In this document: one piece after another, positions 19,364 through 29,080 of the stretch
Numbering within the stretch: the stretch's first letter is position 1
Layout of the letters: every line of letters begins with the position of its first letter
Source of the DNA: an uncultured Candidatus Saccharibacteria bacterium
GTDB lineage: Bacteria; Patescibacteriota; WWE3; UBA101185; 2-01-FULL-41-18
Length of the DNA stretch: 64,000 nt
Direction of reading: 5' to 3'
Assembly: GCA_964636285.1 (NCBI GenBank)
Contig: CAZWQF010000003.1
Coordinates: forward strand, 5,226-69,225
Made by a program: the position numbers and the translations under genes
The notes under the pieces: model-generated
What the model saw: only the letters and a program-made list of their open reading frames with translations
What the model was told of the DNA's origin: nothing
The model's database searches: none

Positions 19364-19379
19364 TGTGAGATTTCTCACA
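19364..19379. promoter_or_regulatory. consensus CRP-type box TGTGA-N6-TCACA
   Basis: TGTGAGATTTCTCACA lies 52 bp upstream of the divergent Crp/Fnr gene start. Confidence 0.55.
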
Positions 19380-19657
19380 AATTCTACATTAAGTTTAATA
19401 CAGAAAAAAGAGTCAGCGTAAATTATAGTTCACACAGGCTTATGAAAAAGATTAAACAAGTGATTTGGTATTTAACAGATAAGTGCTTGTACTGCGGTGG
19501 CCCTTTAGCCCTATGGAGCTGGAAGAAGGCATACTGTACCAGATGTGGATCTGTCAGCTAAGCTGATGGGTCAAGACGTGCCTGTCAGTCTGGTGCAGCA
19601 TGCCTTCTTCTCACCTTATACCTGTTTTAAGACCTATTTAGCGAGTATAATACCCCA

Positions 19658-20254
19658 ATGAAACAAAAAATCATTGCCTCAATCATAGTACTTGTAGCAA
19701 TTATTGGAGTTGGTGGGTACTTTGTTTACAGCAGCACCCTAAATGCATCCAACAAATCGCAAAACAAATCAAGCGTTTATTCAGTGTCTCAAAAGGACAT
19801 AAAAGCCCCAACAAACCAGACAGCCCCTTTGCTTGAATCATCTCCTGAAATGCTTGATTTTAAAGGAAGTTTTGAAGATCTTTTAGCTAGAGGAGGATCA
19901 GTACAGTGTATTTGGAGTGGAGAAGTATCAGGCTCTCAAGTAAATGCAACAGCTTTTATTAAAGACGGCAAAATTGCTATGGAAGGAAAAATGACTACTA
20001 AGGGTGTGGCATCAAATGTATTCCTAGTAGGAAACAAGGATAGCGTAACAGGGTGGATGGTAGTTCCGGTTATTGGTCAAAAACTTGGGTATAAAATAAA
20101 CCTTTCTGAACTCAAAAAGTATGCTGACTCCAGCGACCAGGTAAAAAAGCAGGCGTACGAGCAGGCTAAAAAGAGTTACAGTTATAAATGTAGCGAATGG
20201 AATTACGACGAGTCAAAATTTAAGATTCCGTCAGACATTAAGTTTTATAACTAA
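19658..20254 (+). CDS. secreted hypothetical protein
   Basis: Signal/anchor helix IIASIIVLVAIIGVGGYFVYS. Confidence 0.5.
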   Translation: MKQKIIASIIVLVAIIGVGGYFVYSSTLNASNKSQNKSSVYSVSQKDIKAPTNQTAPLLESSPEMLDFKGSFEDLLARGGSVQCIWSGEVSGSQVNATAFIKDGKIAMEGKMTTKGVASNVFLVGNKDSVTGWMVVPVIGQKLGYKINLSELKKYADSSDQVKKQAYEQAKKSYSYKCSEWNYDESKFKIPSDIKFYN

Positions 20255-20263
20255 ACTTTATAT

Positions 20264-21127
20264 ATGAACTGGTTTATTGCTTCAATTGCATCTGTTGGAG
20301 CTCTTGCTTTGGCAGAGCTTACACAACAACATATTTTAAACAGCAAGAATGAAATTGACGAAAGAGTCAGCGGAGTTCTTACATTCTTTTTCCAGTCAGT
20401 ATTAACACTACCAATAATATATTTTTTGGGACTTCAGGGAAGATTCTTTGAGCTTTTTCACGGATCAGTGACCTTGAATTTATTTGCTGTAACTTTGGTT
20501 GGAACTGCAGGAACTTTCTTTTATTTAAAAAGTTTTAGAGTAGAAAATATAAGCTATTCTTCTATCTTTGTTTCGCTTTCAGCAATAGTTTCCACAACTC
20601 TTGGAATCATTTTTTTCAACGAAGGGGTCAGCCTTATTAAATTTATTGGGATCGGATTAGTTCTTATCTCCGTAATCAGCTTAAATATAAGTAATGGTGC
20701 GATTGAGAAAAACCATCTTTATGGACTTCTTGCAGGTACTTGTTTTGGTATAATGTACACGCTTGATAAAAGTATTGTTACTAGAACACATCCCGTGCTT
20801 TACATATTCTGGGCATTTTTTTTGGTTTCTCTTCTTGGATTTTTCCTAAATGCAAAGAACACGATTGCCACAGTCAAAACATTAAAACTTAATGACTTTT
20901 TACCGGTTTTTGTTTCGGGTTTTGGGTACTTAATCTATAATTTCTGCACTTTTATTGCTTATAATCTAGGAGGCGAAGTAGGCAAGATCGATGCAATTAA
21001 TAATTCGCAAATTTTTTTAATTATCCTGGTTGAATTTTTTATTTTTAAGCAAAAGGAAGGTATTAAAAGAAAGCTCATTACAGCTGTTATTGCCTTCACT
21101 GGAGTTGCAATCCTAGGTTATCTATAA
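20264..21127 (+). CDS. EamA/DMT-superfamily transporter
   Basis: Ten hydrophobic helices arranged as two 5-TM halves. Confidence 0.5.
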   Translation: MNWFIASIASVGALALAELTQQHILNSKNEIDERVSGVLTFFFQSVLTLPIIYFLGLQGRFFELFHGSVTLNLFAVTLVGTAGTFFYLKSFRVENISYSSIFVSLSAIVSTTLGIIFFNEGVSLIKFIGIGLVLISVISLNISNGAIEKNHLYGLLAGTCFGIMYTLDKSIVTRTHPVLYIFWAFFLVSLLGFFLNAKNTIATVKTLKLNDFLPVFVSGFGYLIYNFCTFIAYNLGGEVGKIDAINNSQIFLIILVEFFIFKQKEGIKRKLITAVIAFTGVAILGYL

Positions 21128-21153
21128 TCACTTTCAGGTGGTAAAATATAAGA

Positions 21154-21927
21154 ATGAGTAATATAAAAGTACCGGTAGAAGAGAACAAACTACTGGAGAA
21201 GGTTGTAGACCTTATAAATGCAAATGTAGAGATAAATACTCTCTGGAGAGTTATTAACACAAATGCCATTACAAGGCTTGGGATGACCGATCACGGCCCA
21301 ACGCATTTTCAAATTGTTTCAAACAGCGCGTTAAAAATATTAAGAACATTAGTTCGTCATGGAGTTAAAACATCAATCGAGAAGGACTTAAATTTAACAA
21401 ATAATCATGCAGAGGTAGTGGTTTTTTTGGCTAGCGTAATGCATGACCTTGGGATGTCCATTAGTAGAAGTGGACATGAAGAATTCAGTTTAATTTTAAC
21501 CAACACATTACTTAGGGAAATTCTATCTTTTATGCCGATTGAAGAGAGAACAATTGTAATTTCTGAAACACTTCATGCAATAATTTCACATAGAAGCGGT
21601 GGAAAACCTCTTACCATAGAAGCAGGTGTTGTAAGAGTATCTGATGCCCTTGATATGACTAAAGGAAGGTCAAGAGTTACGTCTGAGCTTGGAAATGTAG
21701 ATATACACTCAGTCTCTCATCAAGCAGTTGAAAAAGTTGAAATACTTGAGGGGACAGATAAGCCTGTTCAAATTAATTTTTACCTAAATAATATGGCAGG
21801 AATATTTCAGGTGGATGACCTAATGGGAAGCAAGCTTGTAGGCTCTGGTATTGAAAAATATACGCACGCAACTGCATACCTTGATAATAACTCTGAATTT
21901 AAGGTAGTGAAGGATTTCAATTTATAA
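21154..21927 (+). CDS. HD-domain metal-dependent phosphohydrolase
   Basis: HGPTHF ... VMHDLG ... H spacing is typical of an HD domain. Confidence 0.55.
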   Translation: MSNIKVPVEENKLLEKVVDLINANVEINTLWRVINTNAITRLGMTDHGPTHFQIVSNSALKILRTLVRHGVKTSIEKDLNLTNNHAEVVVFLASVMHDLGMSISRSGHEEFSLILTNTLLREILSFMPIEERTIVISETLHAIISHRSGGKPLTIEAGVVRVSDALDMTKGRSRVTSELGNVDIHSVSHQAVEKVEILEGTDKPVQINFYLNNMAGIFQVDDLMGSKLVGSGIEKYTHATAYLDNNSEFKVVKDFNL

Positions 21928-21933
21928 TTACCT

Positions 21934-22749
21934 ATGCAATTTTTATCCCACTTTCACGACCCTGATAACCTCTTTGTCTCAATTTTAGAAAGAGTTGAAG
22001 GTAAACTTCCAGCAGAATTGAAAGGAAGCGTGGTTGCTGTAACTCCGGAAACTACCATTACTGTCTATGAATTAGTAAAAAGACTTGGCTTCACAATTGT
22101 TGAGGGAGGTCCTTACGGAGTTGGAAGGATGTCAGCCCTTAAAAAAACTTTAAGCCTTTCTGATGATGATTTATTTTTTGTATGTGACTTTGATAAAATG
22201 CTTCACTGGATTGAAAATGATCCAGCTGAATTCAACTCCATTTTTAGTATTAAACCTGAATTTGATTTAACTGCTATTGCGAGGGGAGAAAAAGCTAAGG
22301 CCACCTATCCTCTTTCGTGGCTAGAAACAGAATTTATTGCAACTAGAATAATTGGAAAAATTCTAGGTAAAGAAGTTGATTTAATGAACGGGCCTTACAT
22401 TGCAAATAGAAAAGCTGCCGAGACAATTGCTGAGAAAGCTAGAGAAACAGGTGTTGGAGCATGCACTGAGTGGTGCTTAATTGCACATTTAAACAATCTC
22501 ACTGTAGGAAACTACTTTGTTAATGGGCTCACATGGGAAGATCCGGATAGGTATTCAAAACAAATTGCAGAATCAGGAAGTTTTGAAGCTTGGAAAAATA
22601 GAACATTTGATTCACTGTACGAATGGAGAAAGAGAGTTGAGTTCCTACATAGACAAGTAGAAGTAATGATTAGGTTAACTAACGATCCAATTAACCCCAA
22701 ATTCCCTAACACAACTAGAAATACTAACGAAACACTTAAAAGGTTTTAA
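21934..22749 (+). CDS. hypothetical protein (possibly a nucleotide-sugar transferase-like fold)
   Basis: ORF only; has an acidic FVCDFDK motif; no firm assignment. Confidence 0.4.
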   Translation: MQFLSHFHDPDNLFVSILERVEGKLPAELKGSVVAVTPETTITVYELVKRLGFTIVEGGPYGVGRMSALKKTLSLSDDDLFFVCDFDKMLHWIENDPAEFNSIFSIKPEFDLTAIARGEKAKATYPLSWLETEFIATRIIGKILGKEVDLMNGPYIANRKAAETIAEKARETGVGACTEWCLIAHLNNLTVGNYFVNGLTWEDPDRYSKQIAESGSFEAWKNRTFDSLYEWRKRVEFLHRQVEVMIRLTNDPINPKFPNTTRNTNETLKRF

Positions 22750-23426
22750 TTTTTGTTAAGCTTGTCGCTAATTATTTTCCCGTCAGATAATTCAATAATT
22801 CTATGCGTCATTTTTGCATAATCCTGTTCATGCGTAACCATCATTATTGTTTGCCCAGCCCTATTTAATTCAAGAAAATATTCAAGTACAACCTGAGAAG
22901 ATTCAGAGTCAAGATTTGCCGTAGGCTCATCTGCAAATAAGATTTTTGGAGTGTGCGCAATTGCTCTTGCAATACTCACCCTCTGCTGCTGACCACCTGA
23001 AAGTTGACTTGGTAGGTTATTAAGCCTCTCCTTAAGCCCAACTTTCTCAAGAGCCAATGTAGCAAGTTTTTGGGACTCTTGGGAGCTTCTCCCTTGCATC
23101 ATCAACGGTATTCTAACGTTTTCTAGTGCTGTTAGTGACGAAATAAGAGAGTAGTCCTGAAAAACATAACCCATTGTATTAAGCCTAACTTTAGTTCTTT
23201 CAGAACTTTTAAGATTTGTTACTTCCTTACTCTCAACAAACAACTGACCTGATGTAGGATGATCAAGAAGACCAATTTGGTACAAAAGCGTGCTTTTGCC
23301 TGAACCTGATCTTCCAGTGATAGCTACAAATTGTCCCGACTCAACTTTAAAGCTCAAATTATTTATAGCAATTAGTTCTGAGTTTCCAGTTTTAAATTTT
23401 TTTATTAAGTTTTTTACCTCAATCAT
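22746..23426 (-). CDS. ABC transporter ATP-binding protein (MacB/LolD-type)
   Basis: Walker A GRSGSGKST, signature LSGGQQQRVSIARA, Walker B LFADEPT. Confidence 0.85.
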   Translation of the reverse strand: MIEVKNLIKKFKTGNSELIAINNLSFKVESGQFVAITGRSGSGKSTLLYQIGLLDHPTSGQLFVESKEVTNLKSSERTKVRLNTMGYVFQDYSLISSLTALENVRIPLMMQGRSSQESQKLATLALEKVGLKERLNNLPSQLSGGQQQRVSIARAIAHTPKILFADEPTANLDSESSQVVLEYFLELNRAGQTIMMVTHEQDYAKMTHRIIELSDGKIISDKLNKN

Positions 23427-23428
23427 TT

Positions 23429-24715
23429 CTATCTTCCTAAAATGGCATCCAGAGTATTCTGTTTAACAATAAGTCTTGCAGGAATAAAACCTGCAACAGT
23501 TGTAGCACAAAATAAAATTACAGCTCTGATAAAAGTACCATCATATTCAGCTACAAGAATACCATCGCTAAAAGGAAAATTTATTGGATTTGCATTAAAA
23601 AATGGCACGAGTGCTCCATATATAATTAATGTTCCAAAACTAACTCCAACAAATGCATAAAAAGATGACTGGAAAATATATGAAATTTCTATTGCAAGAG
23701 AGCTTACACCTATGCCTTTTAGCACTCCTATAAACCTCCTTCTTGTAACGGCATTAACAAAAATTACAATAAAAATAGTAATTGTTGCTACAACAAGACC
23801 AACGGAACCAATTAAATTGCCCAAAATGTTAAATGTCATTTTAATGTCAGCTAAAAACTTAGGCTCTGCTTCTGCTGATGTTTGAATTCGTGCTTGTTTG
23901 TCAAAATCCATAAAGTACATGTTTTTAATTAGTTGCTTTGCTGTTTTCTCGTTATGAGAATTTAGATGAATTGCTATTTCATCCGCATTAAGGTCACTTC
24001 TATCTATCATTTTTCTAACTTGCGATGCATTCATATAAATTCTTTGATCCACTGTTTGAAGTTTTGTCTTGATGATACCTACAATAGTCACTTCTCTTTG
24101 GTGCCCATTCATTGTAAGCCTTACTTTAGATCCTATATCAGCTGTCTTTAGGGTTGGCTGATTTGGAGAATCAATAGGGGAGTACTTAAAAAGTAATGTT
24201 GAACCAACTAAAATCTCATCCTCTGAGTCTTTGTTTAAGTATCTACCTTCTATTACATATTTTGACAGATTTGATACTTGATTTTCTTGTTCTGGATCAA
24301 TACCTGCAAGAAATGCGGATGTATTATCTACCTCATCATAAACACTTTTTCTATCCTTATAGTTACTTTCAAGTTTTGCGTTATCTATATATCTTGAGGT
24401 ATATGCAGCAACCTCAGGTTGTTTTGATAAAAATGATTGAATATCCTGAGTTCCAATTATGTAGTCTTTCTCTCTTAGTGTTGAGACAATCACATCTCCT
24501 GAGTATCTCTGCCTTACGGTATCGCTTATACCTGCGGCAAGACCAACTAAAATACCACGCACTGCAATCAAATTTAGGAATGTAAGGGTCATCACAAAAG
24601 TTATCAGAACAGTAGTCCATTTACTGGCTCTTCCAATATCTCTTAATGCAAGGAAAAATCCAACTTTAATTGAAATTAAAAGCAGGCTGATTTTACTTGT
24701 TGCCTTTGTTATCAT
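23429..24715 (-). CDS. ABC transporter permease, FtsX/MacB-like
   Basis: N-terminal TM, large periplasmic domain, and a C-terminal 3-TM FtsX-like bundle. Confidence 0.7.
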   Translation of the reverse strand: MITKATSKISLLLISIKVGFFLALRDIGRASKWTTVLITFVMTLTFLNLIAVRGILVGLAAGISDTVRQRYSGDVIVSTLREKDYIIGTQDIQSFLSKQPEVAAYTSRYIDNAKLESNYKDRKSVYDEVDNTSAFLAGIDPEQENQVSNLSKYVIEGRYLNKDSEDEILVGSTLLFKYSPIDSPNQPTLKTADIGSKVRLTMNGHQREVTIVGIIKTKLQTVDQRIYMNASQVRKMIDRSDLNADEIAIHLNSHNEKTAKQLIKNMYFMDFDKQARIQTSAEAEPKFLADIKMTFNILGNLIGSVGLVVATITIFIVIFVNAVTRRRFIGVLKGIGVSSLAIEISYIFQSSFYAFVGVSFGTLIIYGALVPFFNANPINFPFSDGILVAEYDGTFIRAVILFCATTVAGFIPARLIVKQNTLDAILGR

Positions 24716-24716
24716 G

Positions 24717-25904
24717 TTATTTTGAAATCAAAATAGAATCGGATTCTGAAATACCGGAAAGAATTTCGGAGTTCACGTCACCTTTTATCCCAACTTCAAC
24801 TTTCTTCTCCTCTTCTTTACCTGAAACTACAGACTTAACATAATACATCCCGTCTCTTTGATAAATTGACGAATTGGGAAGCGAAAGAACATTCTCTCTT
24901 TTGTCTGTTTCAATTGTTACTGTTGCAGACATTCCAGATCTAATTTCTCTTGCTTCTTTGGAGTCATCAAACGAAACTAGTACCTTGAAACTTGTAACCC
25001 CTTGAAGAGGTTTTCCAATGTCATCAACATGAATGACTTTTCCAGTAAATTCTTTTCCTGGGAATGCATCAAGTCTAATTTTTGCTTTTTGATTCTCTTT
25101 TACCTTGCTGATTTTAAGCTCTGTTATATCAATATAAACATACTGAGTTTCTTTGTTTGAGAGTATGAGTACAGGGTCGGGCGCAGTTTCACCTTGAGCA
25201 GGAGTTCTTTTTACTTCTACTTTGTCACTGACCGAGCGACTTAAATTTGACACAGTACCTGCAACTGATGCTGTAACTATATTTGATAGTACAGACTGAT
25301 AATCAAGCCAACTTGAGTTAACAAGTGACCGGGAGGACTGAATTGAGGATTCAATTTGCTCCTTTTTTTCTACTAATGAATCCTTGTAAACTCTGGCTGC
25401 TTCCACACCTGACTTAGCCTGCTTAACTTCTTCTTGTGTGTATTCTCGTCCCGTTGAAGGGTTTGTTCTATTTTCTGCATCTCCAGAAACTACTGTTTGT
25501 TCCTTAGCTTGTGCGGATCTAAGACTTGATTCTGCAGACTGAAAATCAGATTGTAACGAAACTGATGATTGCTCAGCACTCTTCAGTGAAGCAACTGCTG
25601 CGAGGTAGTTTGCATAAGCCTTTGCCTTATCCTGTTCGGAAGAAGTACTTTTAACTTTAAACAATTTCTGACCAGGTTTAACTATATCACCATTTTTGAC
25701 ATACAGCTCCTCAATAACCCCATTCGAGTTTGCAAAAATATCTAGTTTTCCAAGAGCCTCCACATTACCGCTTGCAGTTACAAAGGCTTCAATTGTTTGC
25801 TTGGTTGGTTGTTGAGTTGTTTGTTTGGAAGAATTTTGTTTTAGAAAAATAAAACTTACTAATCCAAGCGCCAAAACTATCACAATTACATACCATTTTT
25901 TCAT
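24717..25904 (-). CDS. HlyD/MacA-family periplasmic adaptor (membrane fusion protein)
   Basis: N-terminal anchor, lipoyl-like hairpin, long coiled coil, beta-barrel region. Start/stop-coupled with the downstream permease. Confidence 0.7.
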   Translation of the reverse strand: MKKWYVIVIVLALGLVSFIFLKQNSSKQTTQQPTKQTIEAFVTASGNVEALGKLDIFANSNGVIEELYVKNGDIVKPGQKLFKVKSTSSEQDKAKAYANYLAAVASLKSAEQSSVSLQSDFQSAESSLRSAQAKEQTVVSGDAENRTNPSTGREYTQEEVKQAKSGVEAARVYKDSLVEKKEQIESSIQSSRSLVNSSWLDYQSVLSNIVTASVAGTVSNLSRSVSDKVEVKRTPAQGETAPDPVLILSNKETQYVYIDITELKISKVKENQKAKIRLDAFPGKEFTGKVIHVDDIGKPLQGVTSFKVLVSFDDSKEAREIRSGMSATVTIETDKRENVLSLPNSSIYQRDGMYYVKSVVSGKEEEKKVEVGIKGDVNSEILSGISESDSILISK

Positions 25905-25970
25905 CTAGAAGATTCTACATCTATAATTGAATATAGCCAACTCAAAATAATTGTAGTAGTTTAGTATCTT

Positions 25971-26360
25971 ATGGAGTTTCCTGTTCATATTGGCATTTCT
26001 AAAACACTTGGGATCAGAGGGGTTATGGCAACTAAACTGATTAAAAAAGGTGAGATTATTGAAGTATGTCCAGTAATACCTTTTGAATCAGGTGATTGGG
26101 ATAAAATTAGAAATTCAATACTTTATTACTACTATTTTGACTGGGAAGATGATAAGTACGCTCTCCCTTTAGGGTACGGAGTTCTATATAACCATTCATA
26201 TAGCCCCAATGCAGTATATGAATTTGACGAAGTAAATGGAAACCTTGTTATACGAGCTTACAAAGATATTCCTCAAGAAGAAGAGATACTAATAAACTAT
26301 AACTACGTGCCAACTGACAATGCTCCAATAGAATGGCTCACCGAAAAAATGCTCGGGTAA
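25971..26360 (+). CDS. minimal SET-domain protein (putative protein lysine methyltransferase)
   Basis: YNHSYSPNA is the NHSCxPN motif; EEEILINYNY is the ELxxDY motif. Confidence 0.6.
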   Translation: MEFPVHIGISKTLGIRGVMATKLIKKGEIIEVCPVIPFESGDWDKIRNSILYYYYFDWEDDKYALPLGYGVLYNHSYSPNAVYEFDEVNGNLVIRAYKDIPQEEEILINYNYVPTDNAPIEWLTEKMLG

Positions 26361-26380
26361 TCTTGGTTTGTACTTAAGTC

Positions 26381-26653
26381 TTATAAAAATGGGTAATTAA
26401 TTCTAATTAGCTCCCAAAATTTTTCTGAAAGGCTTGTTGAAAAATTAGCGAATTTTGTTCGTTCAGTTTTTGAACAAAGTTGGTCTTCATATTTGCTGAT
26501 TATTCTAATTGCTTTTCTTCTTACTTCGTCAAAACTTTCTTGTTTAGAAGAGTCTGCCTGTAGAGCTGTATGCGCCTCTGTCAATTCGGAAAATAATTCT
26601 GGATGTTCCTCTAGCATAAGATCATAATATTTTTTGTATTTTGTTGATGACAT
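26381..26653 (-). CDS. hypothetical protein
   Basis: ORF only. Confidence 0.35.
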   Translation of the reverse strand: MSSTKYKKYYDLMLEEHPELFSELTEAHTALQADSSKQESFDEVRRKAIRIISKYEDQLCSKTERTKFANFSTSLSEKFWELIRINYPFL

Positions 26654-26719
26654 AATTATTCGATACTAGCATAGACCCTTAGACAGGAACAACACTTAGC
26701 TATATGATTAAACAGAAAT

Positions 26720-27856
26720 ATGTTTAAAGGAATTCCAGCAGGAAAAATTGTACTTCTTTGGCTAACTTTTACATTAGGACTTTTATTAACAGTTCTATTT
26801 ATGGCAACTGGAGGCTTTATCAAAGTAGCAGTTGATTTTAAGGAGTTATTTTTTGCTGTGTGGGGATACGGGTGGGACGGCGCTCAATATCTAGAGATAG
26901 TAACTAAGGGATACAGGTTTCCCAACCAAGCTTTTTTTCCTCTCTACCCTTTAATTGTCTGGACACTTCACTTGGCACTTCCATTAACTGTAAGTTATAG
27001 AATTAACATTTTGCTTTCGCTTGCTTTGTTATTTGTGCTTTACAGGTCACTTAACGATCTAGGAATTGAGGAAGAGGCGGACAAAGTTAAAGCGATTGCG
27101 GTATATTTATTTTTTGCAACATCGTTTTATCTTCAAGCAAGCTATGCAGAAACAGTACTTATAACACTAAGTGCATTAGCATTAATTAAGCTTCATAAAA
27201 AAGAATATTTTTACTCTGCTTTGTTTGCAGGATTAGCCACTGCAACAAAACCGAATGGGGTAGTAGTCTCAATAGTGCTTATATCTATTTATTTTTGGAA
27301 CGAACTTTACATTTTTGAGAAAAGAAAGCTAAATGTATCGTTTAAAAAGATTGTAACTTTTCTGTTGTTAATTTTGATTTCTAACATAGGAATACTCAGT
27401 TACTTTGGTTACCTGAATTTTTACGGAAAAGGCATTGATTCTTTTTTTAGAGCGCAAAAGGAGTGGGGAAGAGGGGAAATTAACATACTGCAAATTCCAT
27501 CTTTGCTAAAGTGGGAGTACACAAACTTTTTCTCACATCTAATAGAACCTGGAAAGTTTTTCTTTAAGGATACAGTCGAGGTATCATCTCTTACTTTTTT
27601 AATTATTATGTTGATTGTTAGTTTCAAGAAACTTCCTAAAGAATACTACTTATTTTCACTTGGCCAAATATTACTCCCGCTGGCTTCAGGAACAACACTT
27701 AGTATTGGAAGATTTGCTTTAGTGAACTTTCCTTTGATTCTATTTTTTTCTAAATACTTAAAAAGTAATTTTAGCTTCTCAATATATTTATACATCTCTA
27801 CACTTTTACAAATTGTCTTATTAGGATTTTTTATGAGTGGGAAATTTGTTGGCTGA
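26720..27856 (+). CDS. polytopic membrane protein, GT-C-like (putative glycosyl/mannosyltransferase)
   Basis: More than 10 TM helices; no motif verified. Confidence 0.4.
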   Translation: MFKGIPAGKIVLLWLTFTLGLLLTVLFMATGGFIKVAVDFKELFFAVWGYGWDGAQYLEIVTKGYRFPNQAFFPLYPLIVWTLHLALPLTVSYRINILLSLALLFVLYRSLNDLGIEEEADKVKAIAVYLFFATSFYLQASYAETVLITLSALALIKLHKKEYFYSALFAGLATATKPNGVVVSIVLISIYFWNELYIFEKRKLNVSFKKIVTFLLLILISNIGILSYFGYLNFYGKGIDSFFRAQKEWGRGEINILQIPSLLKWEYTNFFSHLIEPGKFFFKDTVEVSSLTFLIIMLIVSFKKLPKEYYLFSLGQILLPLASGTTLSIGRFALVNFPLILFFSKYLKSNFSFSIYLYISTLLQIVLLGFFMSGKFVG

Positions 27857-28643
27857 TTTTTCTACACTTTAGTGCCATAAATAATGGGATCTCAACTCTT
27901 GATGTATTTTCGGCTTTTGCTCTTGTTCCCTGACTATTTTTATCAGACACCCATTCTTCTAAGTTCTCTATAACGAATCCAGCTTTACTCAATTCCAAAA
28001 ACAATCTTGAGATTGGAAAATGAAAAGATATAGCAACGGATGATTTTTCCCCTAAACCTGGATTTACCGACACTGGAATTTCCATGTAGGACATGTACTT
28101 TGATATTTTTCTATATTGAATATTTGATTTGTCACTAAATTCCCAAGAGGAGTGCCTTGGAATTCTAAAGCATGGATGATTGATTACGATTACCATAACA
28201 CCGCTATCCAGTAAATTGTCTGAAGCAGTTTTAAGAACATTTTCAAAATGTTTTATATTCTGAAGAGCTAGAATTACTGAGGCATGTGAGTACTTTTCAG
28301 ATAGTTTTAATGGAGTAGATAAATTAAACTGCGTATATTTGTGATTTGGATTTTTATCAAATTTTACAGCATCTTTAATAAGCTGGCTTGAACCATCTAT
28401 GCCGTGATACGTGACTTCTTTATGCGAAACAAGACTTCTTCCAAGAATACCTTGACCACATGCAAGATCTAAAAGTGAAGAAGACTTCTGTAAATTTAAA
28501 AGTTTAATTACCCCAGGAATAACAACCGATTGGTGGTAATAATGTCCTTTTTCTCCAACAAGTTTTGAATACCACTCAGATGGCTTTTCCCAAGAAGAAT
28601 TTGAAGGCTTATTTAAATTAGAAATGTTTGAATTGTTAATCAT
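27831..28643 (-). CDS. class I SAM-dependent methyltransferase
   Basis: Motif I LLDLACGQGILG and an acidic post-I residue (HGIDGS). Confidence 0.7.
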   Translation of the reverse strand: MINNSNISNLNKPSNSSWEKPSEWYSKLVGEKGHYYHQSVVIPGVIKLLNLQKSSSLLDLACGQGILGRSLVSHKEVTYHGIDGSSQLIKDAVKFDKNPNHKYTQFNLSTPLKLSEKYSHASVILALQNIKHFENVLKTASDNLLDSGVMVIVINHPCFRIPRHSSWEFSDKSNIQYRKISKYMSYMEIPVSVNPGLGEKSSVAISFHFPISRLFLELSKAGFVIENLEEWVSDKNSQGTRAKAENTSRVEIPLFMALKCRKISQQISHS

Positions 28644-28715
28644 AATTTAGTTGGTTGGGGAGCGCCTAAGCAATGATATTCTATCACTTAGGCGTTCCCC
28701 AGATGCTCGATCGAA

Positions 28716-28934
28716 CTAATTCTCCATAAACCCAGTCCGAACGAGGCTCTTCTTGACCCAAACCAGGACAGCGTCGACGACAAAGGTCACCGCCACCGCC
28801 ACTACCAGTGCCACGACCAGATCTAGACCGGTCGTTTGGAGCAAGGGCTTAGATGCAAGCAGCCAAGCCAGAGCACCGAGGACAATTGAAGGCCCCCAAT
28901 GCCAATCGAGCCAGAAGATCACGAATTTCTTCAT
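28716..28934 (-). CDS. small hydrophobic protein (72 aa), GC-rich
   Basis: Two hydrophobic helices. Its GC content far exceeds that of its neighbours. Confidence 0.4.
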   Translation of the reverse strand: MKKFVIFWLDWHWGPSIVLGALAWLLASKPLLQTTGLDLVVALVVAVAVTFVVDAVLVWVKKSLVRTGFMEN

Positions 28935-29080
28935 CTTTTTCCTCTTTCAATACAGTTCAAATTTTGTGTAATATTAACCTATAGTCTTAATTAAGGCAAG
29001 TTGAGTTAGATTATTTACAAAGACGCTGTAATAAACCTCACAACCTTTTTTGGCCTAAACAAAAATGCTAATATAATAAA

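Noticed and set aside
19313-19561. 82-aa ORF with CxxC...CxxC in the crp upstream region
   Set aside because: It has no RBS and overlaps the CRP box and the long inverted repeat. It is more likely regulatory or structured DNA than a gene; I list it only as a possibility under the inverted-repeat finding.
28657-28700. The perfect hairpin as a rho-independent terminator
   Set aside because: No T-run follows on either strand, so I call it only a palindrome/hairpin of unknown role.
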